Source: Alphaproteobacteria bacterium (GTDB lineage: Bacteria; Pseudomonadota; Alphaproteobacteria; SHVP01). From it: a DNA stretch of 64,000 nt. The notes beneath the pieces were generated by a model that saw nothing but the letters and a program-made list of their open reading frames with translations, searched no databases and was not told the DNA's origin. A program made the position numbers and the translations under genes. This document shows, piece by piece, positions 1 through 9,760 of the stretch. Numbering within the stretch: the stretch's first letter is position 1; the number at the start of each line of letters is the position of its first letter. The stretch lies in contig JAYONB010000005.1 in assembly GCA_038121105.1 (NCBI GenBank), forward strand, positions 130,274 to 194,273. Direction: 5' to 3'.

Positions 1-5
1 TGTTT

Positions 6-1847
6 TTAGTGTCGGGTACGAAGCTGGCCGGGGTCGTCGTCGAACAGCGCAGCCAGTTGCTCCATCATGGCGCCGCCCAGTTGTTCGGCGTCGACGATCG
101 TCACGGCTCGGCGATAGTAGCGGTTGACGTCATGGCCGATCCCGATCGCGATCAACTCGACCGGCGAGCGGTTTTCAATCCACTCGATGACCTCGCGAAG
201 GTGCCGATCCAGATAATTTCCGGGGTTCACCGATAGCGTCGAATCGTCGACCGGGGCACCGTCGGAGATCACCATGAGAATACGGCGCTGTTCAGGGCGC
301 GCAAGCAGGCGTTGGTGGGCCCAGGTTAGAGCCTCCCCGTCGATATTTTCCTTCAACAATCCTTCACGCAACATCAATCCCAGCCCACGACGCGCCCGCC
401 GCCAAGGTTCGTCGGCGGATTTGTAGATGATGTGGCGTAGGTCGTTGAGCCGGCCGGGGTTCAACGGTTTGCCCTCGGCCAGCCATTTTTCCCTTGCCTG
501 GCCGCCTTTCCATGCGACGGTCGTGAAACCGAGAATCTCGACGTTCACCCCGCATCGTTCCAAGGTCCGGGCCAGGATGTCGGCGCACATCGCGGCAACG
601 GTCACGGGCCGTCCGCGCATCGAGCCGGAGTTGTCGATGAGGAGCGTGACGACCGTGTCGCGGAAGTCGGTATCGCGTTCCATCTTGTAGGACAGCGAGT
701 AAAGCGGGTTGACGACGACGCGGGCGAGGCGGGCCGAGTCGAGCAGGCCTTCCTCTAGGTCAAAATCCCAAGCGCGCTGCTGCTTTGCCATAAGCCGGCG
801 TTGGAGGCGATTGGCGAGCCGACTGACAGCCCCTTGAAGGTAGTGCAACTGCTGATCGAGATGGCGCCGCAGTCGACCGAGTTCGTCGGCATCGCAGAGA
901 TCTTTGGCATGAACGATTTCGTCGAAGGCCGTCGTGTAGGCGCGATACGAAGGTTCGTTGCGCCGCTGGTTGGCATCGTCCTGCCATTGCTCGGGTCGTC
1001 CGCCGGGTTCTCCGTCGCCCGCCATCTCGCGGCGTTCTTCGGCGCTGGTTCCGGCCGCCGATTCAGCGGCATCATCCATCGAGCCGTCTGCGGCATCGTC
1101 ACCGACGGACTGCATCGTGCCGGAGGATTCGCCTTCTCCTTCGTCGGATTGCCCTTCCTGATCTTGATCGGCGTCGTCGGCATCTTCCGCTTCATCCGGA
1201 TCGGGCTCAAGAACGTCGTCCTCGGCAAGATCGAGGTGCGCAATCAGCTGGCGCGCCAGCTTGGAAAAAGCGCTTTGGTCCGCAACTGAATCGCAGAGTG
1301 CTTTGATGTCTTCACGGGCCTTGCTGTCCAAGGTTTCGCGCCAGGTGTCGACAATATTGCGCGCCGCCTCGGGCGCCGGTGCTCCCGTCAAGCGTTCGCG
1401 AAGTTCGAGACGCACCGCTTCGGCCAAAGGCGCATCCTCTCGCGACCCGGCCTCCTCGGCGCCGCTTTGGCTGTAGTGCTGGTTCAGTGCGGCATCGAGG
1501 TTTTGGGCGATACCCTCGAACTGGAGCGCCCCGAGTGCCTCGATTCGGGCCAGTTCGGCGGCGTCGTAGACTTCTTGGGCGGCGGCGCCGTCCGGTCGGC
1601 GCCGGGCGTGAAGTTTCTTGTCGTGGTGCCGAAGTCTCAGCGCAAAGGAATCGGCAACGCCACGTACGTTGCTGACATCGGCGCTATTGAGGTCGCGGGC
1701 CGGCTGCGGCAAGCGGACCGCATCGTCGCGGAGACCTGGGCTTTCGACGCCAAAGGTAACTTCGAGGTCCTTGACCGCCGAGATCGCACGCGTTGCGGCA
1801 CCGACCGCCCGCTTGAAGTTCTCGGCGGGGCTGCGCGAATCGCTCAC
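6..1847 (-). CDS. cobT: CobT-like protein (cobaltochelatase subunit T family: acidic D/E-rich linker, C-terminal vWA-like region)
   Basis: 613 aa, N-terminus [25 protein letters not shown] long acidic stretch ([23 protein letters not shown]...) is followed by a C-terminal vWA-like part ([14 protein letters not shown]). The ORF is complete with a GTG start at 1845-1847 and lies 3 nt after the cobS-like stop. Confidence 0.8.
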   Translation of the reverse strand: MSDSRSPAENFKRAVGAATRAISAVKDLEVTFGVESPGLRDDAVRLPQPARDLNSADVSNVRGVADSFALRLRHHDKKLHARRRPDGAAAQEVYDAAELARIEALGALQFEGIAQNLDAALNQHYSQSGAEEAGSREDAPLAEAVRLELRERLTGAPAPEAARNIVDTWRETLDSKAREDIKALCDSVADQSAFSKLARQLIAHLDLAEDDVLEPDPDEAEDADDADQDQEGQSDEGEGESSGTMQSVGDDAADGSMDDAAESAAGTSAEERREMAGDGEPGGRPEQWQDDANQRRNEPSYRAYTTAFDEIVHAKDLCDADELGRLRRHLDQQLHYLQGAVSRLANRLQRRLMAKQQRAWDFDLEEGLLDSARLARVVVNPLYSLSYKMERDTDFRDTVVTLLIDNSGSMRGRPVTVAAMCADILARTLERCGVNVEILGFTTVAWKGGQAREKWLAEGKPLNPGRLNDLRHIIYKSADEPWRRARRGLGLMLREGLLKENIDGEALTWAHQRLLARPEQRRILMVISDGAPVDDSTLSVNPGNYLDRHLREVIEWIENRSPVELIAIGIGHDVNRYYRRAVTIVDAEQLGGAMMEQLAALFDDDPGQLRTRH

Positions 1848-1850
1848 GTC

Positions 1851-2855
1851 TTAGTGCGGTTTTGCGAGGGCTGCACTGTCGGGTAGGTCTTCACCGAACG
1901 ATCGCTGGTAGTACTCGGCGATCAAGGTGCGCTCCATCTCGTCGCACTTGTTGGCAAAGGTGAGGCGGAAAGCGAATCCGACATCGCCGAAAATCTGCGA
2001 GTTCTCCGCCCAGGTGATCACGGTGCGTGGCGACATGACCGTTGAAATATCGCCGGACTGAAAGCCGGTACGCGAGAGTTCGGCGACACGCACCATCTTC
2101 TCGATCGTCTTGCGGCCGTCGTCGGTGTCGAATTCCGGGACCTTGGCCAGCACGATGGCTACTTCTTGTTCGAACGGAAGGTAGTTGAGGGTGGCGACCA
2201 AGTTCCAGCGGTCCATCTGGCCTTGGTTGATCTGTTGCGTACCGTGGTAAAGGCCCGTGGTATCCCCCAGACCGATCGTATTGGCCGTCGCGAAGAGACG
2301 GAACGCCGGGTGGGGCCGGATCACGCGGTTCTGGTCAAGCAGGGTCATTTTACCCTCGGCTTCGAGGACACGCTGGATGACGAACATGACATCGGGGCGT
2401 CCGGCGTCGTACTCATCGAAGACCAGGGCCGTCGCGGTCTGGAGTGCCCACGGCAAAATGCCTTCTCGGAATTCCGTGATCTGTTTGCCGTCCCGGATCA
2501 CAATTGCATCTTTGCCGATTAGATCGATCCGGCTGATGTGGCTATCGAGATTCACGCGAATGCAGGGCCAATTGAGGCGTGCCGCGACCTGCTCGATGTG
2601 GGTCGACTTGCCGGTCCCGTGAAGGCCTTGAATCATGACCTTCCGATTGAATTTGAAGCCGGCCAAGATTGCGGTCGTGGTGTCGTGATCGAATTGATAG
2701 GCCTCGTCGATGTCCGGGACGTATTCGTTGGGTCGCGAGAACGCCGGAACAACCAGATCGGTGTCCAAGCCGAATACCTGACGGGCAGAAACGTCGATGT
2801 CTGGGATGTGATCGGGGTCTTTGGCTGCAGCCAAGGTGTTTTCGTTACTCTGCAA
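1851..2855 (-). CDS. cobS: CobS-like AAA+ (MoxR-type) ATPase
   Basis: 334 aa with a Walker A motif (GLHGTGKST) and CobS-like overall length and sequence. The TTG start has AGGA about 9 nt upstream. It is coupled to the cobT-like gene. Confidence 0.8.
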   Translation of the reverse strand: MQSNENTLAAAKDPDHIPDIDVSARQVFGLDTDLVVPAFSRPNEYVPDIDEAYQFDHDTTTAILAGFKFNRKVMIQGLHGTGKSTHIEQVAARLNWPCIRVNLDSHISRIDLIGKDAIVIRDGKQITEFREGILPWALQTATALVFDEYDAGRPDVMFVIQRVLEAEGKMTLLDQNRVIRPHPAFRLFATANTIGLGDTTGLYHGTQQINQGQMDRWNLVATLNYLPFEQEVAIVLAKVPEFDTDDGRKTIEKMVRVAELSRTGFQSGDISTVMSPRTVITWAENSQIFGDVGFAFRLTFANKCDEMERTLIAEYYQRSFGEDLPDSAALAKPH

Positions 2856-2879
2856 CGTCGTCGTCCTAAGTCTGGAGTA

Positions 2880-3455
2880 CTAGGCGTGGCCTGCCGAAAC
2901 GAGATACGAGTAGGCCTCATTTATTCTCTTGAGCCGTTCTTCGGCTTCTTTATCGCCCCCGTTTAGGTCGGGATGGAACCGTTTAGCCAGTTCCTTATAG
3001 CGGATTTTCACCTCCTGGGGAGAGGCGTCGGTCGATAGACCGAGGCGGCGTAGAGCCTTGGCCACCGGGGCCGGGACGCGACGTTTTGGGCGGCGAACGG
3101 ACAGGCTTTCCATGCCCAACGGGTCGTCGCGAAAGAGCCCGAACTGATCGTCGATTCCATCGAAAATCGCCTTTTTGTCGGCCTTATTGCGGCTCTTGCC
3201 GGTTACGCTCCAGGTCGGACGGTGCCAGGTATTGGTATTGTGGCGGTAGGCCGCAACCTCTTCGTCCGACATGCCTTCGAAGTAATTCCAGGACTTGTTG
3301 TATTCCCGCACATGCTTGAGGCAGAACCAATGGTATTGGCCGGTTTGGCCGCCCCGCATCGGTGCGCGATGGGTCCCCTCCTCGGCGCACCCTTCGTGGT
3401 CGCAGACGCGTTTTGAGGTTGTTTCGCGGATGGTTTCGCGAGGATCAAAGGTCAT
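2880..3455 (-). CDS. J-domain (DnaJ-like) protein
   Basis: 191 aa with a C-terminal J domain (KIRYKELAKRFHPDLNGGDKEAEERLKRINEAYSYL, HPD motif). The N-terminus is Cys/His-rich. Confidence 0.7.
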   Translation of the reverse strand: MTFDPRETIRETTSKRVCDHEGCAEEGTHRAPMRGGQTGQYHWFCLKHVREYNKSWNYFEGMSDEEVAAYRHNTNTWHRPTWSVTGKSRNKADKKAIFDGIDDQFGLFRDDPLGMESLSVRRPKRRVPAPVAKALRRLGLSTDASPQEVKIRYKELAKRFHPDLNGGDKEAEERLKRINEAYSYLVSAGHA

Positions 3456-3530
3456 CAGTTAAGTATGATGATTCGCATTGGCTCGGGCAAACCAAACCGA
3501 GCGTGTTGGTGACAAGAAATAGGGTTAACC

Positions 3531-3800
3531 ATGGGCGTGACCATTCGCGATCGAATCCGGACAAAGCTGGCCGTGCTTGAACCGCTCGAATTGGAGCTGG
3601 TCGACCAATCCGAAGCCCACCGCGGCCATGCGGGGTGGCGCGACGGAGGTGAGACGCATTTCGATCTCCGGGTCGTTTCTGCGGCTTTCAACGGCCTATC
3701 ACGGGTGCAGCGCCAGCGGTTGGTGCTGGATAGGCTAAAAGAGGAGTTCGATGCGGGCTTGCACGCTTTGTCTATTCAGGCCCGTGCTCCCGGCGAATAG
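3531..3800 (+). CDS. BolA family protein
   Basis: 89 aa with BolA-like motifs (VDQSEAHRGHAG ... HFDLRVVSAAFNGLSRVQRQRLV). It is divergent from the J-domain gene. Confidence 0.8.
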   Translation: MGVTIRDRIRTKLAVLEPLELELVDQSEAHRGHAGWRDGGETHFDLRVVSAAFNGLSRVQRQRLVLDRLKEEFDAGLHALSIQARAPGE

Positions 3801-3818
3801 TCCTATTGGCGTAAGGAC

Positions 3819-4697
3819 TCAGAGGATGAACGCCAAGAGAAATGGCATCGTCGCAAATGAGATGATCGTCGAGACGATGATGGCGGCGGCAACATCCTGC
3901 GGCTCGCGCTTGTATCGCAGGGCAAAAACATAGTTGAAAATGGCCACCGGCATGGTCGACTGCAGGATCAGGACGCTCCGGACGATTCCATCCAAGCCGA
4001 AAATCTCCGCGACCGCCAAACTTGCCGCGAGTCCACCGAGAAGCCGTGCTATTGCGAATCCGGCGCTTCGCGTAATGCGCTTGATCCTCATGCGGGCCAG
4101 CGACACACCGAGCGTGAGGAGCATGAGCGGCACGACGAGCGAGGCCAGAAGGTCCACCGTATTGCCGGCCCAATCGGGCAGGGCGGTGCGGGTGGCCATA
4201 AAAGGTAACGACAGCAATACGCCCCAAAGGACGGGCGTTCGAATGAGCTGTTTGGCTTGAATGCCGCCGGCGTGGATCGAAATGCCAACCGTGAATTGGG
4301 CAACCGAATGCACCGAGAATGCGGCGACGGCGAGGGCGAGCCCTTCGTCTCCGAAAGCGAAGAACGCCAAGGGTATGCCCATGTTGCCCAGGTTGCCGAA
4401 CATCACCGACGGCAGGTAGGAGGGCAGCGAGAGCTTGAGAACGTATCGAATGGCGAGCGCACCGACGACGGCCAGGACGAATAGAACGGCGAGATAGGAG
4501 CCGGCGATCGCACCGAGCGTCTCGAGCGAGACGTCCAGCCGGGTCAAAGAAGAGAAGACAAGGCAGGGCGTCGCGATCGTCAGGACGATGCCGGTCACGA
4601 AGTCGGTGTCAAAGACGCGCCCGGAGCGTTCCCAGGCAAATCCGATCGCCGCCGTCAAAAACACCGGTGCGACAATCGCAAAGAGATCGCCGGTCAT
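3819..4697 (-). CDS. AEC (auxin efflux carrier) family transporter
   Basis: 292 aa polytopic membrane protein with an AEC/malate-permease-like hydrophobic profile. Confidence 0.65.
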   Translation of the reverse strand: MTGDLFAIVAPVFLTAAIGFAWERSGRVFDTDFVTGIVLTIATPCLVFSSLTRLDVSLETLGAIAGSYLAVLFVLAVVGALAIRYVLKLSLPSYLPSVMFGNLGNMGIPLAFFAFGDEGLALAVAAFSVHSVAQFTVGISIHAGGIQAKQLIRTPVLWGVLLSLPFMATRTALPDWAGNTVDLLASLVVPLMLLTLGVSLARMRIKRITRSAGFAIARLLGGLAASLAVAEIFGLDGIVRSVLILQSTMPVAIFNYVFALRYKREPQDVAAAIIVSTIISFATMPFLLAFIL

Positions 4698-4728
4698 CCG
4701 CTCGACCTAAATGTGAGGGTGGACAACG

Positions 4729-6000
4729 CTACGGTTTCTTCAGCCGAGTGAGGCGTAGCAGCGTTATCTGGTTTCGTTTGCGCCGAACGATCTCGAATCG
4801 TGTGTCGTAATATTGAAAGACTTGCCCGACATCGGGGATGGATTGCGATTCGTGAATGACGATGCCGGCGACGGTCACGGCTTCTTCGTCGGGGAGCGTC
4901 CAACCCAGATCCCGGTTGAGGTCGCGGATGGTGACGCTGCCCTCGACGACCACGCTGCCGTCGGGTTGGGCGCGAATGCCGCGATGGGCCACGTCGTACT
5001 CGTCGGCGATCGGCCCGACGATCTCCTCAAGGATGTCTTCCAACGTGACCATGCCCATCAGCGCCCCGTATTCGTCGACAACCAGCGCAAAATGCTGACG
5101 ACGATCGCGGAACGCGGCCATCTGCTCGATCAACGTGGTGGTCTCCGGAATGAACCAGGGTTCGGCAGCAATCTCCAAGGGGTCGATCGTGGAGCCGTCG
5201 CCGCCCGCGGCGACCAGGGCCCGGAGTACGTCTTTGGCGTGAAGGACGCCGACGATATTCTCAGGCTCGTCCTTCCACAGCGGAAGCCGTGTGTAGGGGC
5301 TGTTCAGTACTTCCTTAACGATGTCGGCCGCTGCCCCGCCGCCATCGACCATTGTCATATTACTGCGGTGGATCATCACATCTTGCACGCTGGTTTCGCT
5401 GAGATCGAAAATGCCGTGCAGCATGTCGCTTTCGTGCTTTACGAGGCCGCCTTCTTCGGCGTGGATCTGGATCGCGCTGCGAAGTTCCTCCTGTGGCGAT
5501 ACGAGCAACGCCCGCGCGTCTCTCTCCGCGCCAAACAGTCGCAACGTCAGGGCGACGACCCGTTCGACGGCAAGGACAAACGGGGTTAGCCCAATAACCG
5601 TCCACCGAATGATCGGGGCGACGCGAAGCGAGGTACGGGTCGGGTGACGCAGGGCATAGGTTTTCGGCAGAACCTCGGCAAAAACGAGCACGAGCGCGGT
5701 CATCAGGATTGTGGCGTAGGCGACGCCGGCATCGCCGAAGCGGTCGATTAAGACGCTAGTGGCGAGTGCGGATGCCAAGATGTTGACCAGATTGTTGCCC
5801 AGAAGAATCGAACCGATGAGGCGTTCTCGCGCTTCGATCAACCGAATGACTGTCTTGGCTCTTTGGTTTCCTTGTTTTTCAAGGTGCATCACGCGGGGTC
5901 GCGACGCGGCGGTTAGGGCCGTTTCGGAACCCGAGAACAAGCCAGAGAGAAACAGCAGCGCGACGATCGCAATCACCGTGATGATGATTTCAATGCTCAT
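4729..6000 (-). CDS. HlyC/CorC (CNNM) family transporter, DUF21-CBS-CorC_HlyC architecture
   Basis: 423 aa. The N-terminus (IIITVIAIVALLFLSGLFSGSETALT) is DUF21 TM-like. Tandem CBS regions follow, with a C-terminal CorC_HlyC-like end. Confidence 0.8.
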   Translation of the reverse strand: MSIEIIITVIAIVALLFLSGLFSGSETALTAASRPRVMHLEKQGNQRAKTVIRLIEARERLIGSILLGNNLVNILASALATSVLIDRFGDAGVAYATILMTALVLVFAEVLPKTYALRHPTRTSLRVAPIIRWTVIGLTPFVLAVERVVALTLRLFGAERDARALLVSPQEELRSAIQIHAEEGGLVKHESDMLHGIFDLSETSVQDVMIHRSNMTMVDGGGAAADIVKEVLNSPYTRLPLWKDEPENIVGVLHAKDVLRALVAAGGDGSTIDPLEIAAEPWFIPETTTLIEQMAAFRDRRQHFALVVDEYGALMGMVTLEDILEEIVGPIADEYDVAHRGIRAQPDGSVVVEGSVTIRDLNRDLGWTLPDEEAVTVAGIVIHESQSIPDVGQVFQYYDTRFEIVRRKRNQITLLRLTRLKKP

Positions 6001-6008
6001 ACCAGGGC

Positions 6009-7115
6009 CTAAGCAGCGCCGCCGGCGCGAAGCGCGTCCAGCACGGCATCGGGCGGAATCTGACGTTCAAGGTGCGCGGCGCCAATTGCCTGGCAAAGCA
6101 CAAAGGTAATGTGACCAGCCTCGACCTTCTTGTCTTGCGCCATATGAGCGTACAAGTTTTCGGCTGTCGCTCTGATTCCTAGGTTCTTCAACGAGGTTGG
6201 CAGGCCCAGCGAAGAGAGATGGGTGCCCACCCGATCGACTTCTTCAAACCCGATCGATCGCGAAAGGTTGAGAGCCATCATCATGCCGACGGCGACCGCT
6301 TCGCCATGAAGGACGCGACCGTCATATCCGGCTTCGGCTTCGATCGCATGGCCGAACGTGTGTCCGAGGTTGAGCAGCGCTCTTGTCCCTGAGGTTTCGC
6401 GTTCGTCGCGTTCCACGATCGCCGCCTTGGCGCGGCAACTGACCGAGACCGCGTGCTGGGTCGCTTTCGTTTCCCTGTTGAGAACGGCATCGCCGTTGCT
6501 TTCGAGCCATCCGAAGAAGTCCGCGTCGGCAATCAATCCATACTTGACCACTTCGGCATAGCCGGCACGCATTTGTCGGTCCGGTAGAGAATCAAGCGTA
6601 TCGAGGTCGATCATCACCATCGCCGGCTGGTGAAAGGCACCCACCAAATTCTTTCCTTGCCGCGTATTGATCCCTGTCTTGCCGCCGACGGAGCTATCGA
6701 CCTGCGACAACAGGGTCGTCGGAATCTGAACGACGCCGACGCCTCGGCGCAAAATACTCGCAGCGAATCCCGCAAGGTCTCCCACGACGCCACCGCCCAA
6801 AGCGACGACAACGTCGTTGCGTTCGATCTCTGACTCCAAGAGCGCATCGAGAACGTGTTCGAGTTGCTGAAAGTTCTTTGTCGATTCGCTTGCCGGAATG
6901 ACGATGCGGCTAGCTTTGATGCTTGCCGCCGCGCAGCTCTCGGCCACCTGCTCAAGGTAATGAGGTGCGACGACCTCGTCCGTTACGATCGCGCATTTCT
7001 TCGCGCGCATCTGCGCCGCGATCGCGGTGCCCACTTCCTGCAACAATCCACGTCCGATCGTGATGTCGTAGTGTTTTCCCGGCAGCCCGACTTGCACAAC
7101 ATCCAGTACGTTCAT
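6009..7115 (-). CDS. aroB: 3-dehydroquinate synthase
   Basis: 368 aa with AroB-like sequence, including a GGGVVGDLAGFAA nucleotide-binding motif. Its ATG overlaps the aroK stop (ATGA at 7112-7115). Confidence 0.9.
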   Translation of the reverse strand: MNVLDVVQVGLPGKHYDITIGRGLLQEVGTAIAAQMRAKKCAIVTDEVVAPHYLEQVAESCAAASIKASRIVIPASESTKNFQQLEHVLDALLESEIERNDVVVALGGGVVGDLAGFAASILRRGVGVVQIPTTLLSQVDSSVGGKTGINTRQGKNLVGAFHQPAMVMIDLDTLDSLPDRQMRAGYAEVVKYGLIADADFFGWLESNGDAVLNRETKATQHAVSVSCRAKAAIVERDERETSGTRALLNLGHTFGHAIEAEAGYDGRVLHGEAVAVGMMMALNLSRSIGFEEVDRVGTHLSSLGLPTSLKNLGIRATAENLYAHMAQDKKVEAGHITFVLCQAIGAAHLERQIPPDAVLDALRAGGAA

Positions 7116-7675
7116 GGCGAGGTGCCCGCTCGAGCGTCGATCTCCGCGACGATCGCATCTACGACCCTTTCGATGGCGGTGTCGCCGCTGTCGACGACGA
7201 TGTCGGCTTCGGCGTAAATCGGGTCCCGTTCGATCATAAGTTTTTCTAGGGTGCTTCGCCGATCGCCGTTCTTGAGCAGGGGTCTGTTGTCGTTGCGCTT
7301 GACCCTTTTGAGGATGGTGTCCAGGTCAGTGCGAAGCCATACCGATAGCGCCTTTCCACGAATCCGCCTGCGCGTCTCGGGGTCGATAAAGGCGCCGCCG
7401 CCGGTTGAGATCACCTTTGGGGGGCCCTCTAACATCCGTTTGATGACCCGGCGTTCTCCTTGGCGAAAGGAGTCTTCACCATGGAACTCGAAGATGTCCG
7501 TTATCGAACACCCCGCCGCTTTTTCGATCTCGGTATCCGCATCGGCAAAGGGCAGGCCTAAGCGCTTGGCTAGTCTGCGCCCGACGGTACTCTTGCCAGC
7601 TCCCATCAGGCCGACCAGCACCACGGCCTGTGCCGGCGGCATATCCCTGCCGCCACGGTTTGCGTTACGTCCCAT
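7112..7675 (-). CDS. aroK: shikimate kinase
   Basis: The P-loop VVLVGLMGAGKSTVGRRLAKRLGLPFADAD is present. The true start may be the internal Met at about 7642 (MPPAQAVV...). Confidence 0.9.
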   Translation of the reverse strand: MGRNANRGGRDMPPAQAVVLVGLMGAGKSTVGRRLAKRLGLPFADADTEIEKAAGCSITDIFEFHGEDSFRQGERRVIKRMLEGPPKVISTGGGAFIDPETRRRIRGKALSVWLRTDLDTILKRVKRNDNRPLLKNGDRRSTLEKLMIERDPIYAEADIVVDSGDTAIERVVDAIVAEIDARAGTSP

Positions 7676-7822
7676 GAACTCGACTGCTACCGATGCTGGT
7701 TTGAAAGCGAAATCTGCACTAAGTAGAATGCCGTATCATCGCCATAATTTGGCAAGATTATACCTATCTTGGCGCGGTGCGTTGAAGTGTCGTGTTAAGA
7801 GTTGAGGTCAGGATCACCACCG

Positions 7823-7963
7823 ATGTCTGTTGCGTCCAAACTGACGATCTTATTGATCTTGGTGCTCGTCGGGGGTGGGGCGGTTTTCCTGGCGACGTGG
7901 GATATCCCCGCACCCACTCGGCAGGTTGAGAAGACCCTTCCCGACAACCGGTTTCCTCGGTAG
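7823..7963 (+). CDS. candidate small single-pass membrane protein (46 aa), not in ORF track
   Basis: ATG at 7823 preceded by GAGGTCAGGA. Translation: MSVASKLTILLILVLVGGGAVFLATWDIPAPTRQVEKTLPDNRFPR. Third-position GC is about 70%, which is genome-like. The stop at 7961-7963 lies 4 nt before the likely start of the downstream secreted protein. Confidence 0.35.
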   Translation: MSVASKLTILLILVLVGGGAVFLATWDIPAPTRQVEKTLPDNRFPR

Positions 7964-7967
7964 CCGA

Positions 7968-9758
7968 ATGAATCACCAGGCTAGACGAAGCGTTTGGCGG
8001 GCGGGTCTCGTCCTGGTCTCTTTGGCCGCTTTTTCACCGGCAGTCGGGCAGCAAGCAACCGAAAATGGCCCAATCCGGCTTGTGCCCTCCAACCAGGCAC
8101 CAGCGACAAATGCCGCCGAAAGCCCGCCTCCTGGACAAGCTGCGCCGCGGCCTGCCGATACCTCGGTTGCCGTGATTGCACTGGATCGGCCCGATCCCTC
8201 GTCGGTGGGGGTGTTGACCGCCGCTGAGGGCGGTTTCGAGGTGTCACTTTGGGCCGGCTCTCGACGGTCCCTTGTCGAGGCCCTGTTGCCGCGGATTCCG
8301 GCCGTGACGCCGTCCCGTGCGCTCCAGTCATTGCGAAAAAGGCTTCTGTTGACGACGGCTCAGGTGCCGTCCGGCGTGTCGGCGGCGCCCAGTTTCCTGG
8401 GCCTGCGCGTTGAGCGCCTTGCGGCTGCGGGTGACTACCCTTCGGCGCTCGCGCTCGCCGCTTTGGCGCCGCCGCAGATTGACGATCCAGCCCTCGACAT
8501 CGTTCGCGTTGAGGGCGCGCTTCTGAGTGGCAACCACCAGAACGCCTGCGAGGTTGTCGAGGCGGTCTTGGCGACCGGTCGCCGCTCGCCCTACTGGGTG
8601 CGTCGTCTGGCTTTCTGCCGCGTGCTCGAGGGCGATTTGGAACGCGCCGTGCTTACGGCGGCGGTCCTACGCGAGTTTCCCGGCGAACCAGATGCCTTAT
8701 TCGACCAACTGCTGACGGTGCTGGCGGACGGCACGGACGCCCCAGTCGTCTCGACAACGCCTCTGACGCCACTTCATTTCGCCATGATCCGTGCGGCTCG
8801 CCGGGCGTTACCTGACAGTGCGGCCGATACCACCGATCCGGCGATGCTGCGGGCGATTGCGACGTCGGCGAACGCTTCGATCGAGGCCCGTCTGCGCGCA
8901 GCAGAAGCGGCCGAGATCGCGGGGGTTCTCTCGCCCGAATCGCTGGCGCAGGTTTACGCAAGTATCGCGTTCAACGATGTCCAGCGAGCCAACGTTCTGT
9001 CTGCGGCGCTCGATATGCCACGCCCATTCGCAAATGCGCTGTTGTTTCAGGCGGCCGTCGCAGAGGAGATTCCGGCGGCTCAGGCAGAGGCTTTGCAGAC
9101 GGCGTTGAGATTGGCGAACGTTCGGGCCCACGGCATGATCGCGCGCGTCAATGCAGATCGACTGGCGGCTTTGACGCCGAGTTCCGACCTCATGTGGTTT
9201 GGCAATGATGCCGGTCTGGCTTTGCTTCATGCCGATCGAAAAAAGGGCGCGCGGGCTTGGTTCGACACGGCGCGGCAGATCGTGTCGGAGTCCCAGCCCG
9301 ATGCGGCGGCGGCAGTATTAGGGCTTTGGGCTCCGCTGACGGTTAGCATGACGGAAGATCCTCTGCCGTGGGTACCCTCGGCGCTTGCCGAATGGTGGGA
9401 TGGCGTTGCCAGTATTGACCTCGACCGAGCCCAGGGTCTCGGTGCCGTAGCGTTCGCCGCGTTCGACGCGGTGGGGTTGGTTGTTCCCGATGAGACATGG
9501 GACGCGTTCACGGTAATGACTAAGCCGGTTCTGGTGCAACGCCCTTCGTTGGGTGCGTTGAGAGGTCTTCACGCGGCGGCAAGGGGCGGTCGTGTGGGTG
9601 AGACAGTATTGTTCGCTCTGGTGATCCTGGGGGAAGCGCATCCCGCCGAGGTTGATGCTGGCACCCTATCGCGCGTCATTGCGGCCCTTGCCGAGGTCGG
9701 TTTGAGCGATGATGCAAGGGCGTTGGCACTCGAAGCGATTGTCGGCCGGAGTCTCTAG
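7968..9758 (+). CDS. Ala/Leu-rich secreted hypothetical protein (signal peptide, helical-repeat-like)
   Basis: The ORF track starts at 7875, but a more plausible start is the Met at 7968 (MNHQARRSVWRAGLVLVSLAAFSPAVGQ, signal-peptide-like). The ORF is about 596 aa with no recognisable catalytic motif. Confidence 0.55.
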   Translation: MNHQARRSVWRAGLVLVSLAAFSPAVGQQATENGPIRLVPSNQAPATNAAESPPPGQAAPRPADTSVAVIALDRPDPSSVGVLTAAEGGFEVSLWAGSRRSLVEALLPRIPAVTPSRALQSLRKRLLLTTAQVPSGVSAAPSFLGLRVERLAAAGDYPSALALAALAPPQIDDPALDIVRVEGALLSGNHQNACEVVEAVLATGRRSPYWVRRLAFCRVLEGDLERAVLTAAVLREFPGEPDALFDQLLTVLADGTDAPVVSTTPLTPLHFAMIRAARRALPDSAADTTDPAMLRAIATSANASIEARLRAAEAAEIAGVLSPESLAQVYASIAFNDVQRANVLSAALDMPRPFANALLFQAAVAEEIPAAQAEALQTALRLANVRAHGMIARVNADRLAALTPSSDLMWFGNDAGLALLHADRKKGARAWFDTARQIVSESQPDAAAAVLGLWAPLTVSMTEDPLPWVPSALAEWWDGVASIDLDRAQGLGAVAFAAFDAVGLVVPDETWDAFTVMTKPVLVQRPSLGALRGLHAAARGGRVGETVLFALVILGEAHPAEVDAGTLSRVIAALAEVGLSDDARALALEAIVGRSL

Positions 9759-9760
9759 AA

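Noticed and set aside
7875-7967. N-terminal extensions proposed by the ORF track (7875, 14529, 16628, 19197, 24821, 45020, 47875, 51339, 51962, 60405)
   Set aside because: In each case an internal Met gives a better signal peptide, RBS or avoids overlap with the upstream gene. The extensions are Arg/Pro-rich and non-protein-like.
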